A stretch of 64,000 bases of DNA from Candidatus Limisoma faecipullorum (lineage in GTDB: Bacteria; Bacteroidota; Bacteroidia; Bacteroidales; Muribaculaceae): the NCBI GenBank assembly GCA_017694955.1, contig JADIMC010000019.1:16242-80241 (forward strand), in the 5' to 3' direction. Below, one piece after another: positions 1 through 9,640 of this stretch. How positions within the stretch are numbered: position 1 is the first letter of the stretch; every line of letters starts with the position of its first letter. Both the position numbers and the translations under genes were made by a program. The notes beneath the pieces are model-generated. The model saw only the letters and a list, made by a program, of their open reading frames with translations, had not been told where the DNA came from and did not search any database.

Positions 1-95
1 TTACCATCGATGGCACAGCGTTTGCGCCAGGTGCATATATCATAAAAATCGATACGGCAACCGGCCCGATAATGCTCAAGGCGATAAAACGTTGA
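1..95 (+). CDS. 3' end of a T9SS-sorted secreted protein (partial, starts upstream of window)
   Basis: Frame 3 reads ...TIDGTAFAPGAYIIKIDTATGPIMLKAIKR*. This has the same terminal beta-strand pattern as the T9SS C-terminal sorting domains ending ORFs 1234-4551 and 40882-41175. Confidence 0.5.
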   Translation, partial: TIDGTAFAPGAYIIKIDTATGPIMLKAIKR

Positions 96-112
96 CCAAT
101 ATAGAATAACAC

Positions 113-162
113 AGGAGGACGTATGAATTCAACAAAAAATTCACACGTCCTCCTTCTTTTTT
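113..162 (+). terminator. Rho-independent terminator
   Basis: aggaggacgt(113-122) pairs with acgtcctcct(145-154). An inner tgaatt/aattca pairing is present. A T-run (tcttttttc) follows. Confidence 0.7.
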
Positions 163-195
163 CATTAAACACATCCGCTTTCGGAAATATAGAAG

Positions 196-203
196 TAACT
201 TTG
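196..203 (+). promoter_or_regulatory. Bacteroidetes -7 promoter box TAACTTTG
   Basis: Matches TAnnTTTG, 21 nt upstream of ATG 225. Confidence 0.5.
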
Positions 204-224
204 CCGCAATTTTTACGGTAAGAT

Positions 225-1217
225 ATGAAAGAAAGGGATTTACGGATTGACGTACTGAAAGGTATCGGGATAATAAGCGTCATATGGGCACATCTTCGCG
301 GATATTTCGATATGGAAATTTATATTTTCCATATGCCGCTATTTTTCTTTCTGTCGGGTATGTTCTATAAAAACCGGAAAGATTTCATCCCACGGCGGTT
401 CAAATCACTCGTCATTCCGTTCCTGCTCTACACAGCAGCATTCTCCCTGATATTCCATCTGCAAGGCGGAGCGTGGGAAAAGCCCATACACCGTCTCACG
501 ATATGGTTTCCGTCAGCTGTCGTAGGCCCGGCATGGTTTCTCATCGCTCTGTTCAACATCAGCGTCATATACTATCTGCTTGACTGCCTGATAAAACGCA
601 AGGCGCTTTTACTCGCCACGACATTTGCCATCGGATTAATCTTCTATTATTACAAGGTAGAGCTGCCTTTTGATTTACGGCAATCATTCTATGCGATGCC
701 ATTCTTCGCCCTCGGCAGGTATATGAAATCAAAGGAGCTAACAAACATCGGCATTAATTACAAAATACTAATAATAGCGGCATTTGCTTTCGCCGGGACA
801 GTGGCATATTGCCGCATAAATAATTTCCGGTTCGACATCCTGTGCTCATACCTGCCCGACAACTGTATGCTTTTCTACGGCGGAGCCACAGCCGCAATCA
901 TTCTGTTGCTCAACGTGAGATACTTTACCATAGCCACTGTAGCCAACAAAATACTGTCGTCATTCGGACGGCATTCGCTCGCCATAATGGCGTTACATAT
1001 GCCGTATATGTTCTTTCTGCGCAGACAAATATTCCGCATGCATCTGTTCGAATCACCAACCGCAAACACAATCGGCACTTTCTTCATAACATTCCTGGCA
1101 ATAACCGCAGCAAGCTACCTGATCGCCCTCGCAATCGACACCACCGTCAGACTGTCGAAGCAAAAGCTAATGACTATAAAAAACACATCCTGGTATGCTT
1201 CTCATACCAGGATGTAA
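225..1217 (+). CDS. Acyltransferase family 3 (OafA-like) integral membrane protein
   Basis: N-terminus RIDVLKGIGIISVIWAHL is typical of acyltransferase_3. The protein has about 10 hydrophobic helices. Confidence 0.8.
   Translation: MKERDLRIDVLKGIGIISVIWAHLRGYFDMEIYIFHMPLFFFLSGMFYKNRKDFIPRRFKSLVIPFLLYTAAFSLIFHLQGGAWEKPIHRLTIWFPSAVVGPAWFLIALFNISVIYYLLDCLIKRKALLLATTFAIGLIFYYYKVELPFDLRQSFYAMPFFALGRYMKSKELTNIGINYKILIIAAFAFAGTVAYCRINNFRFDILCSYLPDNCMLFYGGATAAIILLLNVRYFTIATVANKILSSFGRHSLAIMALHMPYMFFLRRQIFRMHLFESPTANTIGTFFITFLAITAASYLIALAIDTTVRLSKQKLMTIKNTSWYASHTRM
1147..1173. repeat. Direct repeat copy 1 (25/27 identical to 4717-4743; 21 nt exact at 1153-1173)
   Basis: tcagactgtcgaagcaaaagctaatga here versus tcacattgtcgaagcaaaagctaatga at 4717-4743. 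Confidence 0.9.
1187..1213 (-). terminator. Hairpin terminator of the T9SS phosphoesterase gene, embedded in the 3' end of the acyltransferase CDS
   Basis: atcctggtatg(1187-1197) pairs with cataccaggat(1203-1213). On the minus strand it is followed by GTGTTTTTTAT. Confidence 0.65.
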
Positions 1218-1233
1218 GAATATTCAGTCTTAC

Positions 1234-4200
1234 CTACTTGGATTTTTTCACGACTTTAAGCACTCTGCTCTCCCCGTCGTTCTCAATCATAAAGAAATAA
1301 AATCCGTCAGCCAAACCAGAAATACTTATCATTTCGTCATCTGTCTGTATCTCACTCGTGAGCAACACACTGCCGGACACGTCCATCACTTTCAACAATG
1401 CACCTTCCGCACCGTTGATACAGACTTCATCAGAACAAGGATTCGGATAGACAGAAAGCTGCAATCCTTCAACATCGCTAATGCCGCCAGATTTCTCAAA
1501 GCTGACCTCTACCGAAATGTCTTCCGAAATACATTCCACAACATAAGAAGCAACATCGCTTTCCACCGTCTCTCCATTTATAGTCCACGACCTGACCACA
1601 TAACCATCAGCAGGTTCTGCCTTGAATTCCACATCACTGCATTCTTTCACAAAACCTCCATCCGAGACTTCCTCGCCGTCAACAAAAGCCGTCAATGTGC
1701 CCTCACCAGAAGAGACAGCAAAATCGACCTCATATTCGTCAAGTTCCGATGCATAAAGAGTGAAGCACTCTTCCTCCACTACATTATTAGCCGCATCCCT
1801 GACAGTAACTTCCATTTTCTTTCCGTCAACATCACAATGCAACCAGCGGCCATTACGCCCAGTAGATGTCATATCACCAAGCTGAATATGCATTGTTCCA
1901 CCGATTGCCGGTTCAAATGTACGCCGGTCACCGGCATCAACAAGATAACTACCGTTTTCAACTTGTACCCTTTCATAAGTATGTCCATGGCCACAGAACA
2001 CAAGCTGCACCCCATGCTTACTCAACACAGGATCAAAAAGCCCTTTTGCTCCAGGTGTTGACTCACCTGGATAAATCGGATAATGCAATGATATGACTTT
2101 CCAAACTTTATCCGTGTTTTTTGAAAGCACCTCATCCACCCATTTCAATTCTTCCTGAAGCAACGTAGTAGCAGATTCCGGACCACGATGTTCCCAGTCA
2201 AGACTTATCACAATCATATTACCATATTCCACTGCATACGACCCTGTACCTACAAGTCTTGCATCATAATTATCCGATATGGAAACAGAATGATGCCCAT
2301 TGATGAATTTACAATTATCAGCATCAACATTTCCCATATACTCATGGTTCCCATACCCTGAAATAATGTCGATATTTGAAAAAGCAGGCTGCTGGTTGAA
2401 CAAATATCCATAATATGAATAAAAATCATACCTGTCATCAGAGTCAACCACATCTCCTACATTCAGATTAAACATCGGAGCGGTCTCCATCTCTTCCGTT
2501 GTTTTTGCTGCCGCAATATATCTTGACATATCTGCTGTCGAAGACGCCTGCAAATCACCAAATGCATTAAATGAGAACTTATCCGTATCAGCCACTGTGG
2601 AAAACTCACGTGTTGGCGACCAATTCACCCCATCGCCAACCTGATATATGTAAACCGTAGCGGGCTCAAGCCCTGTCACGGTAGCAGCACTTCCTTTCAC
2701 CACACCGCTGCTGACCACTGCATTATATTCAAGCCATTTTGTTTTCCCCTCCACCTGGCGGAAAGCAGCTTCTCCATCTGTCTTCTTCGCGATTTTAATA
2801 TAAGAGCCCTCCTCCGACAGCAAAGGATTGGACATCCACGTAATTGTCTTTTGCGTCAACGGGTCAGGAGTGACACCTGAGCGTATAAACTCAGGCTCTA
2901 ATGTCAACAAAGGATTCAACGTACGCACCAAACGCGTATAAGAATATTTACCTTCTTTCTCCACATATATGTTGACAGGCTGTGCCACATTAGTAAAACT
3001 CATTTCCGTTGCCACACCGTCAGCCCCCGTTGTCTTGGAGTCAAGAACAGTCTGCAAATCCTCACTCAAAGCATATACCGTAGCTCCAGAAACAACATTG
3101 CCATCCAAATCCGTAACCGTTATCTCACCAGGCACACCGACTACACGCTTATTAACCGCGAAATCATATGATGCCTTAACATTCTCACTAAAAGCTTCAA
3201 ACAAAGAAAACAACGACAACGAATTATCTGCATATGTTGCCAATGACGATACCGGCGAGCACCGCAACACATCAGTAGGATTACTATTCTTTGATATATC
3301 AATTCTGACAGAAGCCAATTTCCCATCAGACGCCGCATCGACATCATTCACTATTGTCATAGTCAAACGCCTGTCACGAGCATTGAAATCATATTCACTA
3401 CCAGCGGCAGATTCAGCAAAAACAACGCCACCCACAGGCTCAACCGATCCAATATTATTCATTTCCAAAACGAGATGCAGTTCCTTTATATCTTTAGGAT
3501 TATCTGTGACAATATCCAAATAATAAGGTGTGCCAACATAGACATCATCATCCCTTTCGATAGTAACGACTGTCGCTTTTCCATCTGAAGCATTCACAGC
3601 AAATGCAGCCCGTTGAGTAGCAATATTCCCGAAATTATCCTCAACAATGACTTCTACATTGTGCGTGCCATTTGACAAGCTCAAGCCTGTGAGGTCAACC
3701 GTATTTCCTTCCTTGTTCAAAACAAACCCGAAATCACCATCCCTGAACTCATTACCATCAACGTTTATAACTACACTGCCATAATTTATACCGCTTGTAT
3801 TTAACGGAGAATCATTGAAAGATGCTGAAATGTCAATCTTACTTGTCGTATATGTGCCACCATTCAGAGTGACCCCGTTACCAGTCAACGAAGAAATGAC
3901 AGGCGCAGCAAAATCTTCTGCAAATGATTGGTTTGTCACCCTGATATTATCAATTATCACATAATCATTCACATAATAATTTTCATAACTTTTAAGCACC
4001 ACAAACCTTATGCAGTCAGGATGGAATTCATGCCCTGCAGGCAGCTCGCATTCCACATATTTCCAGCCTGTCCAGTTAATCGAAGAAGCCAAATCCGTAT
4101 TTGTAACGCCAGAAGTAGCACCGATAGGACGTGTTGACACTCTTACCCACATACCTTGCACACCTTCAGTAGCATACAGCCACATACCTAATTTCTTGCC

Positions 4201-4551
4201 ACCAGAAGCATTCCCTGGAATCTGCAAATCCTCAGTTGCAACAGGAGTTATCTGCGCAACAAGTGTCTGTTGCGCCTGTGCATTGGTAAAATCAATATTG
4301 ACTTTTAATGCATAATTGCCAAAACGCACCATATCGCCATTCGAAGCGTCCATCAGTTCAAACGACATCACTTCGCCACGAGACCCAGGACGGGTTTTCC
4401 ATTTGCCATAGTCCCCGCTTTCAAAATCATCAAGCATCACTGCATCAGGGTCCACTCCAGGACCAGGAATCTGTGCATTTACAGTCCCGAAAACAAATAG
4501 GACAAATAGCGACGTTAATAATTTCGCATAATCTAAGATTTTTTTTACCAT
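1234..4551 (-). CDS. Large multidomain secreted metallophosphoesterase with T9SS C-terminal sorting domain
   Basis: Calcineurin-like motifs are present: FGDLQ, NVGDVVDSDDRY, GNHEY, SLHYP, CGHGHTYER. The signal peptide is MVKKILDYAKLLTSLFVLFVFGTVNAQ (ATG 4551). The C-terminus LSVYPNPCSDEV...DGFYFFMIENDGESRVLKVVKK is a T9SS CTD. Confidence 0.85.
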   Translation of the reverse strand: MVKKILDYAKLLTSLFVLFVFGTVNAQIPGPGVDPDAVMLDDFESGDYGKWKTRPGSRGEVMSFELMDASNGDMVRFGNYALKVNIDFTNAQAQQTLVAQITPVATEDLQIPGNASGGKKLGMWLYATEGVQGMWVRVSTRPIGATSGVTNTDLASSINWTGWKYVECELPAGHEFHPDCIRFVVLKSYENYYVNDYVIIDNIRVTNQSFAEDFAAPVISSLTGNGVTLNGGTYTTSKIDISASFNDSPLNTSGINYGSVVINVDGNEFRDGDFGFVLNKEGNTVDLTGLSLSNGTHNVEVIVEDNFGNIATQRAAFAVNASDGKATVVTIERDDDVYVGTPYYLDIVTDNPKDIKELHLVLEMNNIGSVEPVGGVVFAESAAGSEYDFNARDRRLTMTIVNDVDAASDGKLASVRIDISKNSNPTDVLRCSPVSSLATYADNSLSLFSLFEAFSENVKASYDFAVNKRVVGVPGEITVTDLDGNVVSGATVYALSEDLQTVLDSKTTGADGVATEMSFTNVAQPVNIYVEKEGKYSYTRLVRTLNPLLTLEPEFIRSGVTPDPLTQKTITWMSNPLLSEEGSYIKIAKKTDGEAAFRQVEGKTKWLEYNAVVSSGVVKGSAATVTGLEPATVYIYQVGDGVNWSPTREFSTVADTDKFSFNAFGDLQASSTADMSRYIAAAKTTEEMETAPMFNLNVGDVVDSDDRYDFYSYYGYLFNQQPAFSNIDIISGYGNHEYMGNVDADNCKFINGHHSVSISDNYDARLVGTGSYAVEYGNMIVISLDWEHRGPESATTLLQEELKWVDEVLSKNTDKVWKVISLHYPIYPGESTPGAKGLFDPVLSKHGVQLVFCGHGHTYERVQVENGSYLVDAGDRRTFEPAIGGTMHIQLGDMTSTGRNGRWLHCDVDGKKMEVTVRDAANNVVEEECFTLYASELDEYEVDFAVSSGEGTLTAFVDGEEVSDGGFVKECSDVEFKAEPADGYVVRSWTINGETVESDVASYVVECISEDISVEVSFEKSGGISDVEGLQLSVYPNPCSDEVCINGAEGALLKVMDVSGSVLLTSEIQTDDEMISISGLADGFYFFMIENDGESRVLKVVKKSK

Positions 4552-4716
4552 ATAAATTGATTTTAAGGTGACGGATTCTTTAATCTTTTTTATTATCCCG
4601 CCATGATAAGAATCCATTAAAACATTAACGAAATAATAATTTTATGCAATATAATAAAACTTCTAAAACCAGAAGCAAGGCAAACCATTATTTAGCACAT
4701 ATTAACACCTGAGACG

Positions 4717-4743
4717 TCACATTGTCGAAGCAAAAGCTAATGA
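4717..4743. repeat. Direct repeat copy 2 (covers comF stop codon and last 8 codons)
   Basis: See 1147-1173. The minus-strand reading is SLAFASTM* here and SLAFASTV* in copy 1. Confidence 0.9.
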
Positions 4744-5430
4744 GAGGACTTTTACACTCTGCACACCTGCCTCGCCCAAGACATCGCAACACGCAGTAGC
4801 CGTGGCGCCAGTAGTAATAACATCGTCAACCAAAAGCACATTCTTCCCTACAACATCCGAAACTACCTCAAACACATCCGCGACATTACGCCGCCGCTCT
4901 TCCGACGATTTAGAAGTCTGAGTAGAATGCGGACGCACGGCTGCAAGCGCCTCCACCACATCAAGTCCAGAAACAGCCGCCACCCCTTTTGCCACATACA
5001 CACTTTGATTATAGCCACGTTTTCGCATCTTTGATTTATGCAACGGCACCGGCACAATAAAATCAAGATTCTCAAAAAAGCCACCTTCCCGCAAGTCTTC
5101 AGCAAAGCGCACGGCAAGCCACTGCGCCGCCCCAGGACTATTGCGATACTTCATATCCTTTATTATTTCCGAATAACGGCTCTGACGATTGTAATGGAAA
5201 TATGACACAGCAGAATCCACAAGCCTGCTGCCTACAAACAAATCCTGAATTTCATCCATTACACCCTGACGGTTTCCGACACGGGGCAGCTCCAACAAAC
5301 ACGACAGACACAAATACTTCTCTCCTTCCGAAAGAGCCCTGCCGCATACAGAGCAACAACGAGGGAAAAACAATTCATATAAACTTTTCAACACACCAGC
5401 CATAAAAATATCAGTCATCGTCTGCCACAT
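4717..5430 (-). CDS. comF: ComF family protein (phosphoribosyltransferase domain)
   Basis: CSVCG...CLSC zinc-finger-like N-terminus, RGYNQS, and the PRTase motif VLLVDDVITTGATA. The start is uncertain (ATGs at 5430, 5418, 5403) and overlaps the recX stop at 5411. Confidence 0.8.
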   Translation of the reverse strand: MWQTMTDIFMAGVLKSLYELFFPRCCSVCGRALSEGEKYLCLSCLLELPRVGNRQGVMDEIQDLFVGSRLVDSAVSYFHYNRQSRYSEIIKDMKYRNSPGAAQWLAVRFAEDLREGGFFENLDFIVPVPLHKSKMRKRGYNQSVYVAKGVAAVSGLDVVEALAAVRPHSTQTSKSSEERRRNVADVFEVVSDVVGKNVLLVDDVITTGATATACCDVLGEAGVQSVKVLSLAFASTM

Positions 5431-5914
5431 CCAGTTCGTCAGCGTCGGATATCATTCTGTTAACCACATTGGCAACCACCGATGATTCATATCCACGCGA
5501 GGCTGCATAACGGAACAAGGCCAACTTAGTCTGATAGGGCTCTTTGCCATTCAACGTAGCCAATTTATTAGACAGCAATCTTTCCAATCCTTCCTGATAC
5601 TCTTCCGGATCAATTCTACTGACAGCTTCTTCTATCAAATCATCCTTTATGCCGTTCATACGCAAATAATATCTGATTTTTATGCGCCCCCAGAAATCGA
5701 ATTTGGACTTATCGTGCACAAATGCCTCCGCAAACCTCCGGGCATCAATAAAGCCACTATCTTCCAATCGGTCAGCCACCATTTGCGCTAATTCACGGGA
5801 AACACCCCAACGGCACATCCTGCCAATCATTTCAACCCTTGAATGCTCGGCTTTCGCACACAACGCCGCACATTTAGCCAAAACATCATCATAACTCATC
5901 GATTTCTTTGCCAT
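5411..5914 (-). CDS. recX: Regulatory protein RecX
   Basis: Helical-repeat protein of 167 aa with RecX-like ...LEDSGFIDARRFAEAFVHDK... and YLRMNGI segments. Confidence 0.8.
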   Translation of the reverse strand: MAKKSMSYDDVLAKCAALCAKAEHSRVEMIGRMCRWGVSRELAQMVADRLEDSGFIDARRFAEAFVHDKSKFDFWGRIKIRYYLRMNGIKDDLIEEAVSRIDPEEYQEGLERLLSNKLATLNGKEPYQTKLALFRYAASRGYESSVVANVVNRMISDADELDVADDD

Positions 5915-5919
5915 CTGTA

Positions 5920-6789
5920 CTATTCCTTTCTTTTACACGCACGCACAAATCGCCAAAGCCCCTGCATATCGCGGCGTAATTCAACATTCTCATACCCATC
6001 CCCCTCCAGCAACGCCTTCATTTCATCCGGAAAACGGCTGTTGATTTCAAAATACAATCTGCCGCCATATTTCAATGCCGACTTTCCATAATCCGACAAT
6101 GCCCGATAGTACCTCAAAGGGTCATCATCAGGCACGAACAAGGCAGCGCCAGGCTCATAATCAAGCACATTGCCATCCATCTCCTTTTTTTCACCCTCTG
6201 CCACATAAGGCGGATTACTCACTATTATGTCATATTTCCCGGAAACGGCTGGCATATCAAGCATATCCTGACACAAAAAGCCAACCTTGGCTTTCAATCT
6301 TTCCGCATTCATACGCGCGACCCCAATCGCCGCCTCTGAAATGTCGATTGCCGTTATTTCCGCGAACTTCAGTGCAAGCGCAAGCGAAACTGCAATACAA
6401 CCGCTTCCCGTTCCGGCATCAAGCACCGACAAATCCGACGACCTGTTTTCATCAACAATCATATCGACAAGTTCTTCTGTCTCCGGACGCGGAATAAGCA
6501 CAGACTCATCAACATAAAAATCGTGGCCATGGAATCGTGCCTCATTGAAAACATATTGTATAGGACGCCTTTCTTGCAACTCCGACACTACTTTATTAAT
6601 TTTATCAACAATAAAATCCGGCAAAACCGTATCTTTGCGGAGCAGAATGTCAACAGGCTCATAATGCAACACGTGGCGGAATATTATTCGAATGAATCCT
6701 TCCACCTCTCCGTCAGGATACATAGGACGCAACACCGACCTGATTTTCCGCACGGATTGCTCGATTGTTGTCGATTGACTTTCGTTCAT
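5920..6789 (-). CDS. prmC: Peptide chain release factor N5-glutamine methyltransferase
   Basis: VLDAGTGSGCIA SAM motif and the IVSNPPY catalytic motif. ATG at 6789 (MNESQS...). The ORF-track extension to 6924 overlaps ribD. Confidence 0.9.
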   Translation of the reverse strand: MNESQSTTIEQSVRKIRSVLRPMYPDGEVEGFIRIIFRHVLHYEPVDILLRKDTVLPDFIVDKINKVVSELQERRPIQYVFNEARFHGHDFYVDESVLIPRPETEELVDMIVDENRSSDLSVLDAGTGSGCIAVSLALALKFAEITAIDISEAAIGVARMNAERLKAKVGFLCQDMLDMPAVSGKYDIIVSNPPYVAEGEKKEMDGNVLDYEPGAALFVPDDDPLRYYRALSDYGKSALKYGGRLYFEINSRFPDEMKALLEGDGYENVELRRDMQGLWRFVRACKRKE

Positions 6790-6821
6790 AAATTCAAAGG
6801 TAGCAAAATTTCTTGAGAAAT

Positions 6822-7877
6822 ATGAACATCGATGAAAAATATATGAGACGGGCCATTCAATTAGCAAAATCAGGCAATGGCAGCGTCTCTCCCAATCCGA
6901 TGGTAGGAGCCGTGATAGTGGCAAACGGCAGAATTATAGGTGAAGGGTTTCACAGGCGCTTCGGCGAAGCGCATGCCGAAGTCAACGCCATCAATTCCGT
7001 AAAAGAATCCGACGTGGCTCTATTGGAGAAAGCAACGTTATATGTCACCCTCGAGCCCTGTTCGCACTACGGAAAGACACCGCCATGCAGCGAGTTGATA
7101 ATCCGCAAAAAAATCCCACGCATAGTAACAGGGAGCGCCGACCCGTTCAAAGAAGTAAGCGGCAGAGGAATCAGAATGCTACGTGAAGCCGGATGCGATG
7201 TCGTTTGCGGCATAATGGAAAAAGAATGTATGGAGCTGAATGAAAAATTCATGACAGCCCATATACTCCACCGTCCATACATATTATTAAAATGGGCAGA
7301 AAGCAGTGACCGTATGATTGACCGCACACGCAAACAAGGAGAAACACCGGCGAGATTCTCCACAGCGGCAACGACCTCTCTTGTACACAAATTGCGTTCT
7401 GAATACGACGCGATAATGACAGGCACAAACACCGTCATTCTCGACAATCCGTCACTGACAGTACGCCAATGGAACGGAAGAAACCCACTGAGAGTGACAA
7501 TCGACAATAACGGAAGGATTCCCTCCACAAGCAAAATACTGACCGATGGTAATCCCACGTTGATATTCACCCGCGACATGGCAAATCCCAACTACATAAA
7601 AATCCCGGAAAAAGCTGAAACGCTTGAATTCATCTGCTCCAGGCTTTACGCCAACGGAATCACATCACTGATGGTAGAAGGCGGCACGACCTTACTACAA
7701 GCATTCATCGACCGCAACTTGTGGGATGAAACACGCATAGAGCGCAACAGCCGGCCCCTCGGCAGCGGAATGCCAGCCCCCTCCATTCCTCAAGGCATAA
7801 TTACAGAAGAACGGACAGACGGCAATTTAATTATACATATAAAAAACCGCAAAACTGCGCAAATGGCGATACAATAG
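6822..7877 (+). CDS. ribD: Bifunctional riboflavin biosynthesis deaminase/reductase RibD
   Basis: CMP/dCMP deaminase motifs HAEVNA and TLEPCSHYGKTPPC, plus a C-terminal RibD reductase domain. The first ATG is at 6822 (the ORF-track start 6813 is TTG). Confidence 0.9.
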   Translation: MNIDEKYMRRAIQLAKSGNGSVSPNPMVGAVIVANGRIIGEGFHRRFGEAHAEVNAINSVKESDVALLEKATLYVTLEPCSHYGKTPPCSELIIRKKIPRIVTGSADPFKEVSGRGIRMLREAGCDVVCGIMEKECMELNEKFMTAHILHRPYILLKWAESSDRMIDRTRKQGETPARFSTAATTSLVHKLRSEYDAIMTGTNTVILDNPSLTVRQWNGRNPLRVTIDNNGRIPSTSKILTDGNPTLIFTRDMANPNYIKIPEKAETLEFICSRLYANGITSLMVEGGTTLLQAFIDRNLWDETRIERNSRPLGSGMPAPSIPQGIITEERTDGNLIIHIKNRKTAQMAIQ

Positions 7878-8016
7878 CACAATTAATCGTATTTACACTG
7901 CATTTACACTTATCTTTATGTATTTTTGCAATCGTTACCCAGTGCATACAACGGTCTTTTTGCGCTTTGTTTGACTGTTTAACATTTATTCTTTTCACCC
8001 TTTTATAAATTAGTTA

Positions 8017-8024
8017 TAAATTTG
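8017..8024 (+). promoter_or_regulatory. -7 promoter box TAAATTTG
   Basis: TAnnTTTG, 25 nt upstream of ATG 8050. Confidence 0.5.
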
Positions 8025-8049
8025 CACTTTAAATCAAGGCAAACATAGA

Positions 8050-9573
8050 ATGAAAAAAATAATTCCGATATATGCCCTGCTGACGGCATTTGCATTATTG
8101 ATGTCAGTATCGTGCAACGACAATGGCAACGGCAATGGCGACGAACCTACCGTCATATCATCCAACACTTTAGTGTCAGCTTTCTCCTTAGCGGAGAATG
8201 ACTCCGTACTGGCAAGTCTCGACTCGCTCCACTTCACAATCGACGTGGACAACCGCCTTATCTACAACGCTGATTCTTTGCCAAAAGGCACAAAAATAAA
8301 CCGGCTTGTAGCAAACATATCACTCTACGATTACAACTCCACCGGCACAATACGTATCTCCGGAGCCCAAACAATGGAAGATACCACTTATACATACAAC
8401 AGTTCAGCTAACGACAGCATTGACTTTACCGGCAACGTTTCACTTACGGTCAACGCCGCAGACGGCTCGACAAGAGAATACCGCATACTGGTGAATGTAC
8501 ACCAAATGGAAGCCGATTCGTTATACTGGAACCAGCTTGCACGCCGCAACCTGCCGGCACGCTCATCCGAGCTTGTCAGCCAGAAAACGGTACAAAAAAA
8601 CGAAGAACTGTTCTGTCTCGTCGAAGAAGAGCGCGGATTCACAATCTCCACAACGGATGACCCGTCAGCCAACAACTGGAACATTGCATCGGTTGAATTC
8701 GGATTCACCCCTGTCATCGACAGCTTCACAGCGACCGACGAAGCGCTGTACATACTCTCCAACGATGGCAGCATTCATAAGTCGTCAGACGGAAAGATAT
8801 GGACAGACACCGGAGCAGACTGTCATTCCATCATTGGCAGCTATGCCGACAGACTGCTTTGCATAATAAACGATAACGGCACATACCGGCACGGAGAATT
8901 CAACGATAACAATCTGACCGTCCTTTCCGAAATCGAAAGCGATTTCCCCGTAAGCGGATTCTCCCAATGCATAAGCTTCGGCAACGATTGGAGTTCCGTC
9001 AGCCAAATACTGTTTGCAGGAGGAACTATGCAAAATGGCAAACCTAACGGATGCGCATGGGGATATGACGGAAGCAACTGGGGAAAAATCAGCCGAATTC
9101 CGATTCCTGCCCTTACCGGCGTCACATTACTACGTTATTTCAACTACTTAGGTGATTACTACAACTTGCAGAAATATCCGGTATGGCTTGCAATAGGAGG
9201 CATGGATACCGAAGGCAAGACCACAAACAAGGTATATATATCCTACGACAATGGGGTTACATGGAGTCTTGGCGATGAATATCTGCAATTGCCCGACTAC
9301 ATAACACCATTCACCAACGCCCAAGCATTTGTCTATAACACCACTATGCAGGCTACACGAGCAATGTCGTCCATATGGGAAGCAATGCCTTCACGCCACT
9401 TGCCATATTGGCTCACAGTGGAAAGCCAGCCGAAAACAAGGGTGTCAGCAGCCGTGACAAGCTGGGAATGTCCATATATTTATATATTTGGAGGAGAAAA
9501 CACCAACGGAATACTGATGAACAACATCTGGAAAGGCGTACTGAACAGATTGTCGTTCAAACCGGTGGTTTAG
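8050..9573 (+). CDS. Hypothetical lipoprotein
   Basis: Lipoprotein signal MKKIIPIYALLTAFALLMSVSC. It is beta-rich with repeated GxxxDG/W motifs that suggest a propeller. No catalytic motif was recognised. Confidence 0.7.
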   Translation: MKKIIPIYALLTAFALLMSVSCNDNGNGNGDEPTVISSNTLVSAFSLAENDSVLASLDSLHFTIDVDNRLIYNADSLPKGTKINRLVANISLYDYNSTGTIRISGAQTMEDTTYTYNSSANDSIDFTGNVSLTVNAADGSTREYRILVNVHQMEADSLYWNQLARRNLPARSSELVSQKTVQKNEELFCLVEEERGFTISTTDDPSANNWNIASVEFGFTPVIDSFTATDEALYILSNDGSIHKSSDGKIWTDTGADCHSIIGSYADRLLCIINDNGTYRHGEFNDNNLTVLSEIESDFPVSGFSQCISFGNDWSSVSQILFAGGTMQNGKPNGCAWGYDGSNWGKISRIPIPALTGVTLLRYFNYLGDYYNLQKYPVWLAIGGMDTEGKTTNKVYISYDNGVTWSLGDEYLQLPDYITPFTNAQAFVYNTTMQATRAMSSIWEAMPSRHLPYWLTVESQPKTRVSAAVTSWECPYIYIFGGENTNGILMNNIWKGVLNRLSFKPVV

Positions 9574-9640
9574 CAGGGAGAAAGGATATTACCATATAAT
9601 TAAACGTAGCTTTCATCGTTTATATTGAAAAGGCATTACT

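Noticed and set aside
842-1300. 152-aa plus-strand ORF and 70-aa minus-strand ORF (875-1087), both overlapping the acyltransferase gene.
   Set aside because: They are alternative frames of a well-supported membrane-protein gene. Their composition is basic and low-complexity.
6790-6821. Looked for an FMN riboswitch upstream of ribD, and for a cobalamin or other riboswitch upstream of the TonB-dependent receptor (17695-17788).
   Set aside because: The intergenic spaces (about 30 nt and about 90 nt, the latter containing the promoter) are too short to hold these riboswitch structures.
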